Source: an uncultured bacterium
GTDB taxonomy: Bacteria; Chloroflexota; UBA5177; JANWHV01
Reading direction: 5' to 3'
Length of the DNA: 64,000 nt
Assembly (NCBI GenBank): GCA_963827235.1
Contig: CAWHAE010000015.1
Span: 64,001-128,000 of the forward strand
The translations under genes were made by a program, and so were the position numbers. The notes beneath the pieces were generated by a model that was given only the letters and a program-made list of their open reading frames with translations, was not told the DNA's origin and searched no databases. Below are positions 60,801 through 64,000 of this stretch, one piece after another; the stretch's first letter is position 1; the number at the start of each line of letters is the position of its first letter.

Positions 60801-63800
60801 CGCCGGCCGTCTCGGTGATGTCCGTGGTCCGTCCCGCCGCGTCGTAACCCCAGCTCACCCGGCTGTCCTGCGTGCTCAGGCTCACCTGCCGGCCCGCCGC
60901 GTCGTAGCCGTGCTGCACGTAGGTGCCGTCGGCATAGCTCGTCTGCAGCGGCTGGTTGTCCGCGTCGTAGGTGGTGGTGGCCACGTGCCCGGCGGCGTCC
61001 GTCACCACGATGGTATTCCCCACCGCGTCGTAGCCATAGGTGGTGGTGCGGCCCAGGGGGTCGCTGCCGCCGGTCAGGCGGCCGGCCAAGTCGTAGCGGT
61101 TCGTGCGCACGTGCCCGTTGGCGTCGGTCACCGCGATGGTGTGGCCCAGGGCATCGTAGCCGTAGGTCGTGCGGTGGCCCGCCGGGTCGGTGACCGCAAT
61201 CAGCCGGCCCGCCGCGTCATAGGTGTTGCCGGTGGTGCGGCCCAGGGGATCGCGCAGACTGGTCTGCCGGCCGTCCTGGTCGTAGCCGTAGCCGGTGACG
61301 TCCTGCAGCCCGTCGGCGCTGCTCAGCAGCCTGCCCGCCGCGTCGTAGGTCTTGCCGGTCACCCGGCCGGCCCCGTCCGTGATCAGGATGGCATGGCCCA
61401 GGGCGTCGTACTGGGTGAGCGTGAGGTCGTTGTTGCCGTCGTTGCTGCCCACCAGGCGGCCGGCGGCATCGTAGGCGCTGGCCGTCCAGCGGCCGGTGGC
61501 GTCGGTGACCAGCACGGCATGACCCAGGGCGTCGTACTGGGTGCGGGTGGTGTGGCCCAGGGCGTCGGTGCTCGCCACCAGCCGGCCGGCGGCATCGTAG
61601 GTGCTGCCGGTGGTGTGGCCCATCGGGTCGGTGACGCCGGTCTGCCGGCCCAGGGCATCGTAGGCGTAGCGCGTGGTGCGGCCCAGGGCGTCGGTATCGG
61701 CGGTCAGGCGGCCGTCCAGGTCGTAGCTGCTGGCGCGGGCATGGCCGTCCGCGTCGGTGACGGCGATGGTATGGCCCAGGGCGTCGTAGCCGTAGGCGGT
61801 GGTGGCGCCCACGGCGTCGGTGGCGGCAAGCAGCCTGCCCGCCGCGTCGTAGCTGCTCGTGTTCAGGCCACCCAGGGCGTCGGTGACGGCGATGGTGCGG
61901 CCCAGGGCATCGTAGGCGGTGCGGGTCAGGTTGCCCAGGGCGTCGGCGCTCGCGGTCAGCCGGCCGTCGCCATCGTAGCTGCTGCGGGTCACCGCGCCGG
62001 TGGGATCGGTGACGGCGATCGTGTGGCCAAGGGCGTCGTAGCCATACTGCGTGGCCTCGCCCAGGGCGTCGATGCCGGCGGTCAGGCGGCCGTCGGGGTC
62101 GTAGGTGCTGGTCGTCACGTTGCCCAGGGCGTCGGTGACGGCGATGGTGTGCCCGAGCGCGTCGTAGCCGTAGACGGTAGGATTGCCCAGCGCATCAATG
62201 CTGGTGAGCAGTCGGCCGCCGGCATCGTACTGGCTGTAGGCGGTGTTGCCGCCCGCGTCGGTGACGGCGAAGGTGCGGCCCAGGGGGTCGTACTGGTAGC
62301 GCGTGCTATCGCCCAGCGGGTCGCTGCTGGCGACCTGACGTCCATCGGCATCGTAGCTGGTGCGCCACACCTTGCCCGCCGCGTCCTTGCGCGTGGTCTG
62401 CTCGCCGTCGGCGTCATAGCCGTAGCCGGTCGCGTAGCCCAGGGCGTCGGTGCTCCCTGTTAGCCGCCCCGCCGCGTCGTAGGCGCTCTGCGTCACCCCG
62501 CCCAGGGCATCGGTGACGGCAATGGTGCGGCCCAGCGCGTCGTAGCCGTACTCGGTCGGATTGCCCAACGCGTCCGTGCTCGCGGCCAGCCGGCCGTCGT
62601 CATCGTAGCTGCTGCGCGTCACGTTGCCCAGGGCATCGGTGACGGCGATCGAGCGCCCGAGCGCATCGTAGCCGTAGCTCGTAATGTTGCCCAGGGCGTC
62701 CGTGCTGCTGCTCAGCCGCCCGCCCAGGTCGTAGCTGCTCCCGGTCACGTTGCCCAGGGCGTCGGTGACGGCAATGGTGTGGCCCAGGGCGTCGTAGCCG
62801 TAGCGCGTCGTGTAGCCCAGGGCATCGGTGCTCGCGGCCAGGCGCCCGTCGGCGTCATAGGTGCTGCGCGTCGTGTAGCCCGCCGCGTCCGTCACCGCGA
62901 TGGTGCGGCCCAGGGCATCGTAGCCGTACGCGGTGCCGTTCCCGAGCGCATCCACGCTCAGCGCCAGCCGGCCGTCGCCGTCGTAGCTGCTCGTGCTCAC
63001 GTTGCCCAGGGCATCGGTGACGGCGATCGTGTGTCCGAGCGCGTCGTAGCCGTAGCTTGTGCCGTTGCCCATGGCATCGGTGCTCACCAGCAGGCGGCCG
63101 TCCGCGTCGTAGCTGCTGCTGGTCGAGCGGCCCAGCGGATCGCTGCGCCGCACCTGGCGTCCATCGGCGTCGTACCGGTAGCTCGTCGCCCCGCCCAGCG
63201 CGTCGGTGCTGGTCACCAGCTCGCCGTCCGCGTCGTACTGGCTGGCCGTCACGTTGCCCAGCGCGTCGGTGACGGCAATGGTGTGGCCGAGCGCGTCATA
63301 GTCGTAGCTGGTGCCGTTGCCCAGGGCATCCGTGCTCTCGGCCAGGCGGCCGTCCGCGTCGTAGCTGCTCTGGGTCACCCCGCTCAGCGGGTCGGTGACC
63401 GCGATGGTGCGGCCCAGGGCGTCGTAGCCGTAGGCGGTCGCGTTCCCCAGGGCGTCCGTGCTCGTCTGCAGCCGGCCATCCGCATCGTAGGCGCTCCGCG
63501 TCACCCCGCCCAGGGCATCGGTGACGGCAATGGTGTGCCCGAGCGCGTCGTAGCCGTAGCTCGTACTGTTGCCCAGGGCATCGATGCTGCTGCTCAGCCG
63601 CCCGTCCGCGTCGTAGGTGCTGCGCGTCACGTTGCCCAGGGGATCGGTGACGGCGATCGTGTGGCCGAGCGCGTCGTAGCCGTAGGTCGTCGTATTGCTC
63701 AGGGCATCGGTGCCGGCGGCCAGCCGGCCCTCGGCGTCGTAGGTGCTGCGGGTCACGTTCCCGCCGGCGTCGGTGACGGCAATCGTCTGGCCGAGGGCGT

Positions 63801-64000
63801 CGTAGCCGTAGGTGGTGGCGTTGCCCAGGGCGTCGGTGCTGGTCAGCAGGCGGCCGTTGCCGTCGTAAGCGCTCTGCGTCACGTTGCCCAGCGGGTCGGT
63901 CACTGCGATGGTGCGGCCCAGCTCGTCGTACAGGTAACCCGTGCCGCGGCCCAGGGCATCCGTCTTGCCGATCAGCCGCCCGGCCTGGTCGTACGCGTAG
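51435..64000 (-). CDS. Giant Rhs/YD-repeat polymorphic toxin (5' end outside window; one frameshift at about 58849)
   Basis: ORFs 58831-63903 and 51435-59036 join within malectin domain 2 if one base is removed (GHI-DLSFVSL). More than 4,100 aa are visible. PTDGTDPSG ends at 53508-53519. Confidence 0.92.
51807..52226 (-). other. Pretoxin HINT autoprocessing domain (140 aa)
   Basis: CFPADT, TSNHPF, VYTLTV..DHDFFVG...VLVHN. Confidence 0.9.
54865..55775 (-). other. Vgb (virginiamycin B lyase)-like beta-propeller domain inside the Rhs protein
   Basis: Repeated blades PDGSLWFTE, DGSIWAA, AGNLWLT. Confidence 0.75.
56020..56700 (-). other. LamG/concanavalin-like domain inside the Rhs protein
   Basis: VAYWPLDE, YTLEAWV, WHYVVATYDG...IYQDG, GELAGVAVY..ALTP.QI..HY. 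Confidence 0.85.
56800..59735 (-). repeat. Six tandem malectin-like domains inside the Rhs protein
   Basis: Six copies of AI[ND].GG...VYQ[TN].R...F.Y...Y.[VL]RLHF...R.F.V.[IV]NG...FD[IV]...AG...VS[GA][LI]EV. Confidence 0.9.
60810..64000 (-). repeat. YD-repeat array (21-aa hairpins alternating as 42-aa/126-bp units)
   Basis: About 50 repeats alternating YGYDALG[HR]TIAVTDALG and SSYDA[DA]GRL..STDALG. Continues beyond the window. Confidence 0.95.

Noticed and set aside
52848-62463. Long plus-strand ORFs (52848-57332, 57438-58892, 60211-62463) and similar ones such as 1856-3400 and 49145-50881
   Set aside because: These are antisense shadows of high-GC genes with Arg/Gly/Ala-rich, motif-free translations.
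60810-64000. Periodic 63/126-bp repeats as a CRISPR array
   Set aside because: The repeats are in-frame coding YD units with no unique spacers, and no cas genes are present.
31725-64000. Assignment to type VI or type VII secretion
   Set aside because: No PAAR, VgrG, WXG/LXG or secretion genes are visible, and the N-terminus is outside the window, so the export route cannot be called.
1-64000. tRNA, rRNA or riboswitch genes
   Set aside because: None were recognised by eye, including in the long intergenic regions 17180-17790 and 23280-23970. An Rfam/tRNAscan run would be needed to exclude them.

Overview
GC-rich bacterial window. The Pro/Thr-linked secreted proteins suggest a monoderm soil organism such as Chloroflexota, but this is inference only. 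Scattered single-base frameshifts suggest a long-read or MAG assembly. The left half (1-31.5 kb) holds a secreted GH26 hydrolase, a BlaI/M56 locus with a TlpA thioredoxin and a tandem sulfocyanin-like copper protein sharing a TACTAC-N6-GTAGTA operator, a glycosyltransferase cluster, an MFS/TetR pair, and an arabinoside-utilisation locus (two GH51 enzymes, LacI, ABC transporter, and an unusual permease/GT-C fusion). The right half (31.7-64 kb, minus strand) is a large Rhs polymorphic-toxin locus. Its main gene starts beyond the window and has about 2,000 aa inserted inside the YD-repeat shell (Thr linker, six malectin domains, LamG-like lectin, Vgb-like propeller). It ends in an Rhs core, a HINT domain and a NucA/NucB-like DNase with a Nin/ComJ-like immunity gene. 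Downstream are four orphan toxin/immunity cassettes, Rhs relics, an ISKra4-like element, a MITE and a MazEF-type module. All family calls come from motif recognition, not database searches.
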